From Macrostomum lignano (lineage: Eukaryota), in contig NIVC01004550.1 of assembly GCA_002269645.1 (NCBI GenBank), positions 1 through 42,267 on the forward strand: a stretch of 42,267 bases of DNA, read 5' to 3'. The notes under the pieces were generated by a model. That model had not been told where the DNA came from. It did no database searches and worked only from the letters and a program-made list of their open reading frames with translations. Numbering within the stretch: position 1 is the stretch's first letter; each line of letters opens with the position of its first letter. Position numbers and translations under genes: made by a program. This document shows, piece after piece, positions 31,282 to 42,267 of the stretch.

Positions 31282-33479
31282 ATGGCTGCAGAGATGGAGG
31301 CACCGCTTATTAATTGGAAGTATTTGCCCTGCAGTGAGCTGGGCAACGTGACCAAGGACGAATTAAATTTTGTTTCGGAGGCTTCTTACAATGACAGAAG
31401 GGACGACGAGTTCGCTAGATTCTCGAATTCATTCAAAAGGAGCCCGAGCCCGATGAGCATCTGCCGCTCCTGCAGGAAGGCGGCGTAGATATCAGCGCCA
31501 TGGACATCGCCGAGATTGACAGCCTACCAGCAGACAGCAGGAAGCAGATGGACAGCGGTTCAAGACATTCCTCACAGAGGAAAATCTTCAGCGCAATTTA
31601 CAAACCATTCCGAATTCGGTGCTCAACCAATACATTCGCTACTTCTACTTTAAACTGAAGAAGATTGACGGCGAACCCTACTCGCCCGCATCGCTGGTGT
31701 GCATCAGGGCTGGACTGCAGCGCTATTTGCGGATGATCGAGAAGCTAACCGTTGACATCATCAATGGAGAAGACTTTTCTTCTGCAAATAGCATGCTGCG
31801 TGTGAAGGTTCGAGACTTTCACCAGAGTGGTGGGAGGACGCAGCAGTTTGAGCCAATCGAGGAGGGGGACATGAGGAGCTGATGATCTACTTCCAAGGCA
31901 GCACAGCTGAAGTTGAGCAGGACAAATTCTTATTCTACATCATATACAGCTTTGGCGAGCGAGGCCAGGAGCACCTCAAGTTCTTGAAGGATAGAAGCTC
32001 ACTTCAATTGCACGTCGACTCTGATGGAAAGCCGTACTACTGTCTGCCTCCGTTGCCCTCGAAAAATAAGTCAGCAGATCCAGAGAAGGCCAAGAAGCAG
32101 CCCGACAACAAGCAGGCCAGAATTTACGACGTGGAAAAGGTGGAGAAATACCTCAAGCTGCTTCCAGTTACAACGAAGGACAACAATCTGTTTCCTCGTC
32201 CTTTGGCCAGCCGCAACGATGGAGGCCCTGTTTTCTCCTCGAAGCAGAACCGTGGAGAGAATTATCTGAGTGGCTTCATGAGAAACTTGAGTACGAAGGC
32301 GGGACTTGCGAAGACCTACCAAGGACGACTTAAGTAGAAGGACGGGAAACCTCGTTTCTTAGAAAATTTTTGAAGGCACTTTTTCCCGAAAAAATACACT
32401 GCGGAGATAGGAAATTTTCATTTTTTCAGCACAAAAATTGCTATAACTTTTGATAGGAGGCAGATCCAGTGTTGATCTTTTGATATGTTGTGCCTTTTTT
32501 ATTGCTCTATCGATATTTATAAAGCTTTCCGTTCAGAAAATTAGGATTGTATGTTAATTTTTTATTCTACGTATATTTTCATGTGTCTTGTGCTTGAAAT
32601 ACATTAGAATGCCACGGCTCGGCTCTTTGGTTTTATGAGTCTATTTTATCCTTCTTACCTGACTGTATAGCAAATAGTCGTAACATAGATGATAAAATAG
32701 ATTCATAAAACCAAATATTAGAGCTGTGTCATGCATTTTTGTGATTTTTAGATACAGGAAATATCCGTAGAATAAAAAATTAACATAGAATCCTAATTTT
32801 CTGAACGGAAAGCTTTATAAATATCGATAGAGCAATAAAAAAGGCACAACATATCAAAAGATCAACACTGGATCTGCCTCCCATCAAAAGTTATAGCAAT
32901 TTTTGTGCTGAAAAAATGAAAATTTCCTATCTCCGCAGTGTATATTTTTTCGGGAAAAAGTGCCTTCAAAAATTTTCTAAGAAACGAGGTTTCCCGTCCT
33001 TCTACTTAAGTCGTCCTTGAGACCTACACGAATCATTGCATTCGGTAAGACTGATAAATTAATAATAGTAACTTTAATTATGTTATGATACATGTTATGT
33101 TACCAATTACTCATGAATCCAACTATATAAATTTGCACTCTAAAACAGGGTCACGCGAATATGCGATCTCGAGGCGGCAGGGCACAGAATGAGCGATATA
33201 ATGAGCATTACTGGACAGCTGAGCGAGCGAGCGACTAGGAGGTACCTAGCCAAGCGTCGCGACCGGTCGCTTCAAAAGACGAGTGAGTCTGTTCAAGTGG
33301 CATTGAATCGTCATGATCTAGAGCAAGAAGCTGGGCCACCCGAACATGCTGATGCTGTTGAGATCGTCGGTGAGACTGTAGTATCGACGGAGGTTAGTGT
33401 TAGCACTGAAGCTGCCTATTCTGTTGATACGAAGTTTGCCTTCAACAATTGCACCTTTCACGGATGTTCCTTTAATTAG
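31282..33479 (+). pseudogene. Crypton-type tyrosine recombinase (DUF3504-like), frameshifted and interrupted
   Basis: KKIDGEPYSPASLVCIRAGLQRYL; FGERGQEH (catalytic R); SKNK; GLAKTY|TNHCIR after removing the foldback; intron 33045-33148 (GTAAG...ACAG); VTRICDLEAAG..IMSITGQLSERATRRY (catalytic Y); C-terminal FNNCTFHGCSFN. Frameshift at ~31875 and further indels 5'; start position approximate. Confidence 0.85.
32320..33019. mobile_element. 700-bp non-autonomous foldback element (hAT or P superfamily), ~265-bp TIRs, 8-bp TSD
   Basis: CAAGGACGACTTAAGTAGAAGG... and ...CCTTCTACTTAAGTCGTCCTTG; arms pair almost perfectly to ~32588/32752; TSD AGACCTAC at 32312-32319 and 33020-33027. Confidence 0.95.
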
Positions 33480-34639
33480 GCATGCAATCTCTACTTCTAC
33501 AGGAATCAGCAAATTGTACTCGTAGAATTACTGAAAGAATAAGAACGACAGTCTAGTATAATATTTTTTATTTAATGACTTTTAGTACTTTGCTCGACCA
33601 GTATGATGTTCATCACCGACAAAAATTTACATGATATACTGACACTGTGCTTTTTGTACTGTCGATTTTGCAATTCCTGTGCCAGTTTAATTATTTACAT
33701 CTTAAAATAAACGTTTTGAATTGACTGATGCAAGATACGCTTTGCAAGATGCTGGATAAAAACTGGCTTGAATTAATTGGTTGCATTGAAATTGGAATTC
33801 TAGGCAATGGCCTGCCATCGCCATGGGTCATTGCCATGAGGAGAAATTTTGGGCAATGCCGACTACCACACCAAACGGTTCGAAATATATCCTGACTGTA
33901 TGCTGCAAGTTTACAAAATTTTCCATTTTTCGGGCGTTGCCGAACATCAAAGCGCTGACTATCGCAGCCGAGTTAAAAAGCATCTTCGCGCTTTTTGGCT
34001 GGCCATTTGTCATTCTCAGCGATCAAGTACGCGAGTTTTGCAACTCTGTCTTGGACGCCCTGCTGCAGTCCGGAGGAACGAAAAGAAGAGTGACCAGTGT
34101 TTACTACCCACAGGTAACCTTAACAGTAATGTTTTATGCTTCTGATATTATGTAGCAGTGGTGCATCATTTTTAAGTACGAGTAAATAACTAATTTTCTC
34201 CAGACAAACGGTCAGACTGAGCGCCTCAACCAAACGTGCATTAATCTACTGAGAAAGCGGTGTGATTCTGAGGAACCAACTAACTGGGATTCCATGCTGA
34301 ATGATGTTCAACTCGCATACAACAGCCGCCGACATTTGGTGACAGGCTTCTCGCCGTGCAGGTAAAATATGAAAGTAATAAAGTTTATAGAGAATCAAGT
34401 ATATTTTATAAAGCATATTTCTATACTGTAGCAGACAATGTTAGTTCATATGCCTCCATTCATCTTTAGAGCCGCCTTTGGCTTTGAGCCATTGCTAGGC
34501 GATCATGCCGCAGCACTGGCTTCGGTTCCGGAGCCGATGGAAATCAACAGGCGATTGCTTGCCAACAAGGACAAGAAGCGAGCCGCAGCGCGAAAACTAA
34601 TTGCGCGTAGAATCAAGATCGCTCAAGAAAAGATGCGAC

Positions 34640-34650
34640 CAAGGACCTTG
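34640..34650. mobile_element. 11-bp collapsed remnant (CAAGGACCTTG) of the same foldback family
   Basis: Flanked by the 8-bp duplication GATGCGAC (34632-34639, 34651-34658); consists of the two termini of the 32320-33019 element; removing 19 bp restores the integrase frame. Confidence 0.8.
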
Positions 34651-35504
34651 GATGCGACAGCGTCACTTGGTTTCGGCTGCTGGAGCTCAAGAGCTAAAGC
34701 GAGGAGACAGAGTTCGGCTTCGAAATCTGCGGAGGAATGATCGAAAGGGTGGCAAGATGCGATACACCTGGAGTCAGCAGGTCTACATCGCGACGAGGTG
34801 CCTCGGTCGCAACGTATATCGATTAGGAGGTCTCACTAGACGTGTCAATGGCAGGCATCTCAAGAAGTGCTTTCTACAAGTACAATGGTTGAGCAAATCT
34901 CCAGTTTTTTATTAGAATCGCATGCGGGATTCTGAACTGACAGCACTCGTACGAGTATTTATCAAAGGTTTCCAGCTCGTATTTTTGCCCTGGTATGGTG
35001 CATCACAGCTGCAAAATATACTGGCTACAGTGAAACGTTAAACTACGATCTTACGGAATGTAAAATGTCTTGAAATGGAAAAAATGACTGACATTGTTAG
35101 CGATTTTTACTACCTTTTATGCTTCGATGAAAATTGTTAAACGGTTAAGAGAAGGAAACTACAACAACACTCGTTGCACGATTACGATTTCGGACTTTAT
35201 AAAAATGGGGAGATCGGTAACCGGAGATCCTAAACCAAACCTTAGTTTTTGCACTCGTGACGGAGATCGGCAAACGGTGTAGAATCTCCGAGGGGATAAC
35301 AGAATCTGGTTTTGCATCTCCGGATAGGGAGACCTGACCATGCCCCGGAGATCCCACAACGGTTACGGATCTCCGATTGTGGAGATCCCTAACCGTTTGT
35401 ATTCTCCGAAGGAGATCCTAAACCCTTTAAGATCTCCGGTCGGAGATCCCAGCCCGTTTGCAGTCCAAAACTGACCAGAGCCCCGGAGTTTCTAAACCGT
35501 AATA

Positions 35505-35824
35505 CCGGCTCTGAGCAGCAGCAGCGGAGCAACGAGAGCGACAGAGGCCGCTTGTTCGGATCAGCCTCATGCTGGTCTTCATCAACGTCTTCTTTCTGAT
35601 CACGTCTTTGCCGTGGAGCATCGGCGCTCTGCTCGAAGTCCAAATTCTAAATAAGCTCAAAGTGAACTTCTTCATATTGATGATGCGGCACTTCAACTCG
35701 CTGCTGTACGCGAACAACGCTCTGTCCTGGGTGTGACGTACTTGATGGGACGGAACTTTCGAGAGGCGTTTTGCCGAGTGTGGCTGTCCCTGTGCTGCTG
35801 CTGCTGCGCCTCCTGCCGTCGTCG
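35505..35824 (+). pseudogene. GPCR paralogue, part right of the Ginger insertion (ICL3-TM6-TM7-Cys tail), with small indels
   Basis: Near-identical to the reverse complement of ~7370-7695; truncated after CCTCCTGCCGTCGTCG. Confidence 0.92.
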
Positions 35825-37955
35825 CTCCAATTTTGCGTAGAGGGTAAAAATATAGCGCTGAACTAAAATTTCATGTTGCTGAATTAGTCACAATGAGCGT
35901 AGATGGCTTATAAATATCAAAGAAGACAACATTTTTAGTAAAAAAATAATATTTTACTGCATTGTCGATTCAGCTCTGTCCAAATATTGGTCATAGCGTT
36001 TCCAGCTGATATCGGCAAAAGAGTGTGTTTGAGCACGTCAGGAGTCGGGATACGACATCTTAGTGAGCTAGCTACTAGTGACCTAGCCTGAAGGTTAAGC
36101 TTCAGGCTTAGGTATAGAAATCAAGGTTTTGCATAGGGTTTAGGTTTTAGGGTCAAAGCAGTAAAATTGTCTCGGTAAGGTCAGACAGGTTCACAGATAA
36201 TAAATTACTAGATATTTCACTCTGCATTGAGTTAAGCCATTTTTGTGTTATAGTCTGTGGCTCAAAAAGTGTCTACTCTTTGGATGAGCGTCAGTGTGCG
36301 CATAGCAAGAAAAATTGCTAGTTGCTCCAAAAAGAATTTTGACGCAAGGCACTGCGTGCCTACGGGTGCACGCATCCATGTTCGTTCACGCTACTAACCA
36401 AAGAGTAGTTGCAAAAATCTAAACAAGAGTGAACTATCTAGGGTTATTGTATCTGTGGACAGGTTTAGTTGTTTAGTTGCATTTAGAATATATGCACCTT
36501 TTTTCATTTAAATTACGTCCAATCCTTTAGTACTGGTTTTAAGCTGTCATTATGGAATCTCTCAAGATTGGTTGCCTAGGTTTTACGAGTTTAGAGAGCC
36601 AGATAGCAAGAGATTTAAACTTGTAATACATAGCGTCTAATTGACACAATCTGAAGTTTGACAACCTCGTATAAGAGTCATCTAATCGAGCAAGTGCATT
36701 TTTGAACTGTTGACTGCCTTTATGCTTATCTTTCATCGATACAAAGTGTTAAGGTCAGATTCTCCATAAGTGCACAGAAGCTACAGCAGCCAAGAAAGTT
36801 TGGCGCTGACAGCGAAGAAAACCTGCAATAAATTCTTCATGACACGATTAGACCTTTTATTTGAGTAGGCCATCCTTGTGTCAAGGCCAAAGTATAGACC
36901 AATTTGAGTTCAGTTCCTCCATGCCTTTAGCTCGGATATAGTATTAAGTCGGAAGAACGAAACCGCGGATAGCAAATATCGTCCATAAATGTGATTATCA
37001 GCTTATCAGCTGCCAAAATTGTCACCTTAACTCAGCTAACGTACATGTAGAACCAGAGGATTCCGCCAGCAAGACATTATTTGTAGCCGATCTGGAACTT
37101 AATTGGTCTAAAAGTATAGCTATAACCACAATGGATCAAGAGGGCCAGAGAACTTTAATTGCAATAATAGCGAGGGTACCATAGATGGAAATTGCGGAGG
37201 TGACAGAGAAGAACAAAAGAGTCATTAAACACAGTAGATAGTACGTTTGGATGCCTTCGATACCGAGCTGATATGAGCGAGGACAAGAAAAATTTATGAA
37301 ACAACTTTGCAAGCACCGTATCGAAACAATTGTTGTGTGCTGCACTTCGGTATACTACAAGGGCACTCCGTCCTATGCGTGTACTCTTACTGGATTTTCT
37401 TTGTTTATTTACTCTAATTGTTTTGGCGTCTCGGCTCTGGCTGGTTGGCGGCGGGCCCCGGGCTGAGACTTTGTGACTTCCCCGTCAGGTGTCGCCAGCT
37501 GATTGGTTGAGCCAGGCGTTTTTGTCTCTCCCGCTGTTACTGTAACTTTTTTGCTGCTCTCTGATTGGCTAGGGGTGATGGGCGCTGGGTGTCCCTCCCC
37601 CCGGGCAGGGTGGTGGGCTGGAAGGTGTGAGCCGTTTTTAGATCCGTACATGCTGTTGAAACCCGCGGATTTTGAACCCGTGGAATTCTAATCCTCGGAA
37701 CTATTTTTGCATGTATTCTAGAATCTGAAGTCATACTAAAAAAAACTTGTTAATAGTTAGGATAGAGGTACGTAAATATAAAATGGTGTAAATTCGTGCA
37801 AAATTAAAATTTTTGGCAAGCATTGATCTCGTTGGCTAGGGTGCTGCGCAGAATGTCAGGCAATGTCTGTCTAAAACATGTACGAGCTATTGGCAAACTC
37901 TGGCCTCTGCCTCTGCCTGTACGTCCCTCGGATCCTTGAAAACTTCTATCCTCTC

Positions 37956-38050
37956 TAGGGAATCGTCCCTGGGGACACTCGCCGGGGACCCCGGGGAATT
38001 TTCACAAAAACCTACCCGGGGAATTCGTATCGGGGACCCCGCGGGCAAAT
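37956..38050 (+). mobile_element. Possible orphan hAT-like terminus
   Basis: Starts TAGGGAATCGTCC, followed by repeated GGGGAC/CGGGGAATT motifs; no partner end or TSD found. Confidence 0.3.
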
Positions 38051-38559
38051 AGGAAAGTGAAGTAGTCACGGAAATTGATGTAGCAACATTGTTAAAGCTG
38101 TGTGCAATTAATTTTAAATGATAATGCATATACATAGTAGTGTGTACTCGTAGATTAAAAATTGCCTTAATATATAGCCGTGAGTTAACAACTTCGGGTT
38201 GGCAATCTGCAGTACATATAACAGCATGACAGTCTATAAAGACAATAGCTATATTTTACTCAGACTACGCTCCATACTGTTTTTTACTCATCATTCAATA
38301 TTCTTCTCATTTAACTTTTGTAGTTTTTTACTGCTTCTAGCAAATCTAATAAAATTCTAACAATGTATATGTTGTTTAACCTGTGTGAATAGTAATTTTT
38401 CGTTTTTTGCTTGCAATCATTTAAGATCGGTGACTGACTAACTGTCCAGTGTCCAGTCCCAGTGTCCACGCGTGCAAATGCAAAAAAATTATCTCAGAAG
38501 AGATAAAATTTCTACATCTCTACAGTACCTAGCCAGCCTTCCCATACGCCGGCGTTCGC

Positions 38560-41005
38560 TCGCGCTGCTGGTGACCGTCATTGCGGAGTCCGCGGCCGGC
38601 GGCTGCGTGGTCTGACGCAGGCGGAAGGACTCCAGTACGCCCGTCGCCCTCAAGGACACCGAGGTTAGGGGTCAGGAATACAACCACAGCCGGCGCCTGC
38701 GGCCGGTCTCGCCTGGATGCGGTAATTGACCTCGCCCAGGCGCCTCAGGACTCGGTACGGCCCCTTCCATTGGCGCTCAGGCACCGCGTCTGGCCGCGCT
38801 TGACGACGGAGTTGCGCAGCATCACGAGCTGGCCCTCTTCGAACGGCACCGAACCGAGAGTCCTGGTTGGCCAGCCGGTGGCATCGAACCTGGGCGCTCC
38901 GCAGTCTGGTGTCGAAAGCGCTCTGCAGGTTCTCCTGAGTCGTGCAGGAAGCCGTGATTCCACGTCGGCTACCTCACGGTCGCCGCTTATCAGCCAGCTG
39001 TCGAGATCCACTCGGTGGCCAGCCGTGGAGGACCTGGTACGGACTGAGGCCGGTGGTGCTGTGCACGGAGGTGTTGTAGGCCCAGGTCACATACGGCAGC
39101 TTGCTGTCCCAATCCTGCTGGTTCTCGGCCACCGTCGTCGCCAGCATATCGCCGAGCGTCCGGTTGCCTCGCTCGACGATTCCGTTGCCACTCGGATGAA
39201 ACGGCGACGTGCGCGTCTTTAACGCCCAGCTGGTCGGAGCCGGTCGAACATCTCGCTCAATTTCCCTGGTCACTGTGCAGCCCTGAGGAGCGCCGGACGC
39301 ACCAGGCGACAGAGCATCATCAGCCAGTCACCGCTCGATCTCCGCCAGTGAGCGCCGCTCCATCACTTGGGAAGAAGGCGAACATCTCAGGATGTTCACT
39401 TCCATCAGAGTACGCGGAAGCTCGCCCTTTGATGTCGACTGCACAGCTGCCACGAGCCGTCGGCTGTCAGTCGCTGGCGGCGCCTTCTGCGGCGGTGGAC
39501 ACTTGGCAGGCAGCTCGCGAGCTGGGCAAGTTCTCGACGTCCCGTCGCAGACCAGGCCACCAGCAGCGCTCAGACAATCTCGCTCCGGTCCTGTCGACGC
39601 CGAGGTGTCCGCTCTGGTCGCACGAGTGCGCCTGCTGCAGGAAATGCGGCCGCAGGTGACCGGGAATGACTGACCGCCACCCACCAGCAGGACACCCGCC
39701 GAGCTCACCGAGGCCTCGTCCAGCAGCTCGCGAACCTGCGCCGCCCACGAATCGGACAGGCTGTCAATCCTTCGGTCAGTGCCTGGAACGCCTTGCTCAG
39801 CAGCGGGTCTTGCAGTTGCTCCTCGTGCAGGCGGCTGTCGTCCCACCGAGGCTGCAGGCGCGTGCGGCCACCCGGCTCAGCGCATCCGGCACGACGTTGT
39901 CCCTGCCAGGCCGGTACAGCAGCTCGAACGAAAACTGCTGCAGCGTAGAAAGCCATCGCGCCAGCCGACCTTCGGGGTCCTTCGTTGTCAGCAGACCTTG
40001 CAGTGGCCGGTGGTCCGAGTAGACTCTGAAGCTCGGGACACTCAGCAGGTACGTCCTGAAGTGCTTCAGACTCCAGACCAGCGCCAGCAGCTCGCGGTCG
40101 GTCGCCGAGTAGTTGCGCTCGGCCTTGTTGAGGGTGCGAGAGGCGAACGCCACAGGCAGCTCGGCGTCACGTGCAGCTGGCTGAGCACCGCGCCGACGGC
40201 GAACTGACTGCTGTCGCAGCTGAGCACGAACTGCTTGGTAAAATCCGGCAGCCTCAGCACCGGAGCCGTCGTCAGCCGGTCCTTCAACTCGCGGAACGCT
40301 CGCTCGCAGTCGCTGCTCCACGCGAAGTCCCTCGATTTCACGCTGACGTCGTGCAGGACCCTCGCCGTCTGGCTGAAGCCTGGGATGAACCGACGGTAGA
40401 ACCCCAGCATTCCAAGAAACCGCTTCACCTCCTCGGTCGTCGTTGGGCTGGGCATGCTGCGAATGCATCGACCTTGCCGGGATCCGGGCAATGCCCTGCT
40501 CGCTGATCAGGTGTCCAGGTACAGCCCCGGCGATGGCCGAACGCGCACTTGGCCTTGTGCAGCTTGAGTCCCGCGTCTCGCAACCGCTTAAAACTTCCGC
40601 CAGCCTCTCTAAGTGCTCGTCGAACGTCCTGCTGAAGACAATGATGTCGTCGATATAAGTCAGCACGGACTCCCAGGACAGGCCGGACATCACCAGCTCC
40701 ATGAGCCGCTGGAACGTCGCCGGGGCATTGCACATCCCGAAGCCCATCTTGCAGAATTGCATCAGGCCGCGCGTCGAATAGAAAGCCGTCTTGTACCGGT
40801 CCTCCTCCGCCACCTCCACCTGGTGGTAGCCCTGCCGGCAGTCGATGGTGGAGAACCAGGAGCATCCGACAAGCGCATCCATGGCCTGCTGCAGGTGCGG
40901 CAGCGGGTACGCATCCTTGACCGTGCAGGCGTTGAGCTGCCACCAGTCGCGTGCACAGTCTGATGTCGCCGTTCTTCTTGCGGACCACCAGCAGGTGCTG
41001 TAAAC
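38560..41005 (-). mobile_element. Gypsy/Ty3 LTR-retrotransposon pol relic (RT-RNase H-integrase), heavily frameshifted, no LTRs identified
   Basis: VVRKKNGDIRLC; YPLPHLQ..FSTIDCRQGYHQ..KTAF..NAPATFQR..YIDDIIV; FVLSCDSSQFAVGAVL; RNYSATDRELLA; SDHRPL; RLARW; HSCDQSGHLG zinc finger; LHSDQG; HPSGNGIVERGNRTL; YNTSVHSTTGLSPY. Domain order RT-RH-IN. Confidence 0.93.
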
Positions 41006-42267
41006 CATCTTTTCGCAGCCTCGCAATGTTTTTTTGGTGTTCACCTCTGTCGAGTGCTTCGATCACAAGCCAATGGTTCAACAGCCTAGCACATGGTCCA
41101 CAATTCTGGGGCTGATCTTGCTCCTCCGCAGCAGTTGCAAATGAAGCTATGGACCGAATTGATGCTTGTTGGATCAAATGAAATGCTGCTGTGCCAGCCT
41201 TGCTACCATAGACAAAAGCTCCGTTACATTGGCAAACCTATCTTGGATTAACTCCAATGCGCGTAAGCCCAAATGGGCTACAAAAAGCTATTTTTGTGTG
41301 ATTCGTAAACCTAAGCTGCAGCTTTTAGAGGAAAACCAACACTAATTAGCACCTAATACACTGTTCCCTGTAAATAACTTGATGCTATATTCTAATGATA
41401 TTCATCGACTCTATCAACTGATTTATGCAACATTTATCCAGGACTTACAGCCATTACTATACAAAAAGTCAGTATCCATGCCTTTTTGCGAGCGCGTAAA
41501 AACCCTTTAACAATGAGAGTTTTATTCAGTCCAAATGCATAAATTTTGCTCCAAGTGAGCGGTTAAAAGAAAAAATCTGCGATTACTTTTTTGGAAAAGA
41601 CTTTCAGAAACTTTTCCTGATGAAGACAAAAATCTGGTTCCGTCAGAATTGAACGGCAAACAGTCCGCTTGTCAGCATTGTCCGCCCAACTCCGGATAAA
41701 CCGGCTGAATCGTTCTTAGCAAAGTTTTTTCTCTCCGGCTTGTATCGATTTATACGTTTGTTTTACTAGGCCATGCTTCCTGTGGAGTTCAACTTTTGAG
41801 CAACTCAAGTTTCTGTTGACGCACGATTAACTGACTCTCTCGCTGACGCGTCAATTAAAACTTATTTGCACCAATGAGGAAGTAATTTCTAAAGACAAAT
41901 AGTAACCTTTAAAAATGACGATTTGTCGAATGCTGAGATAATTTCCGTAGCATTGTCGCAGCCTGACTTACGACTGATTCCGTCGTCGTCAAGCTAAACA
42001 GCTTTTTGTGTGCCGCACTGCCACCTACCCAAGCTTGTCTTCCAAGCGACCCCTATCATCTTCGTCCGTCTTGTTGATTGAAGTTCAAGACTTGCACAGC
42101 AGCCGTGGCAACTTGTACCTACCTGTGAGATCAAGGTGGGTCGATGATTTTTGCAGCCATCTAAGGCCATGCATAGCTTGGAGCGCGCTTTGCGCGAGGC
42201 TCTGTCTGCAGTTTATTTCGTTCTTTCTGATCGTTTCTGTCTGATTTCTGTTTTAGTTCCTTCGTGG

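Larger units (their letters stand above)
30910..33858 (+). mobile_element. Crypton-like tyrosine-recombinase DNA transposon nested in the Ginger integrase
   Basis: Removing 30910-33858 rejoins MDCITM|PTTTPNGSKYIL in frame; CAATG at both junctions (30905-30909, 33854-33858); contains an intron-bearing YR gene. Confidence 0.85.
30427..34915 (+). pseudogene. Ginger transposase (Gypsy-type DDE integrase), reconstructable to 440 codons
   Basis: Segments 30427-30909, 33859-34113, 34204-34361 and 34470-34915 (minus 19 bp); GT-AG introns at 34114-34203 and 34362-34469. H2C2 HSQGSH...CARC; catalytic D (MDCITM), D (SDQVREF), E (YYPQTNGQTERLN); C-terminal GDRVRLRN..RKGGK..W. One nonsense TAA at 30535-30537, where the other copy has Glu. 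Confidence 0.92.
29984..35504 (+). mobile_element. Ginger DNA transposon (full-length backbone ~2.57 kb plus nested insertions)
   Basis: 5' TGTTAGGGTTT and 3' AAACCGTAATA termini; CCGG TSD at 29980-29983 and 35505-35508; the empty site ACACGGCCGGCTCTGAG is present in both other GPCR copies; GGAGATC subterminal repeats; Gypsy-like integrase with introns. Confidence 0.93.

Noticed and set aside
31282-33479. Phage/prophage integrase or bacterial contamination
   Set aside because: The YR has a spliceosomal intron and Crypton-type motifs and is nested in eukaryotic elements.
30427-34915. Gypsy LTR-retrotransposon integrase fragment
   Set aside because: No RT/RNase H or LTRs; TIR-like TGTTA ends, CCGG TSD and introns indicate a Ginger DNA transposon.
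36500-37350. Decayed coding sequence here and at 10430-11100
   Set aside because: Short open stretches with frequent stops and no motif; weaker than the 16.7-20.6 kb tract.

Overview
Eukaryotic (invertebrate-metazoan-like) genomic window with spliceosomal GT-AG introns, an intron-containing tRNA-Tyr and a high transposon load; no prokaryotic features and no CRISPR. Host genes: (i) a 3-exon heparan sulfate 3-O-sulfotransferase (1581-4043, +) with one apparent frameshift; (ii) an intronless class A GPCR (7319-8410, -) broken only by one in-frame TAG, plus two partial paralogues; (iii) two tandem copies of a two-exon secreted protein built as signal peptide + PAN/apple domain + Thr-rich mucin stalk + ALK/LTK-type glycine-rich domain, without TM or kinase (13492-14961; 23155-28688). 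The main structural finding is a four-level nest that can be undone base by base. A GPCR paralogue is split by a Ginger DNA transposon (29984-35504, CCGG TSD). Its intron-containing integrase is split by a Crypton-like tyrosine-recombinase element (30910-33858, CAATG junction repeat, hairpin ends), whose recombinase is split by a 700-bp foldback element (32320-33019, 8-bp TSD). An 11-bp collapsed remnant of the same foldback family with its own 8-bp TSD (34640-34650) explains the remaining Ginger frameshift. Also present: an internally deleted second Ginger (17894-19319), a DIRS/Ngaro relic, a Gypsy pol relic, two tRNA-derived SINEs, several mini/microsatellites and an unidentified decayed coding-like tract (~16.7-20.6 kb, -). 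All calls were made by eye; no database searches were run. Several lesions look like small deletions and could be assembly errors.
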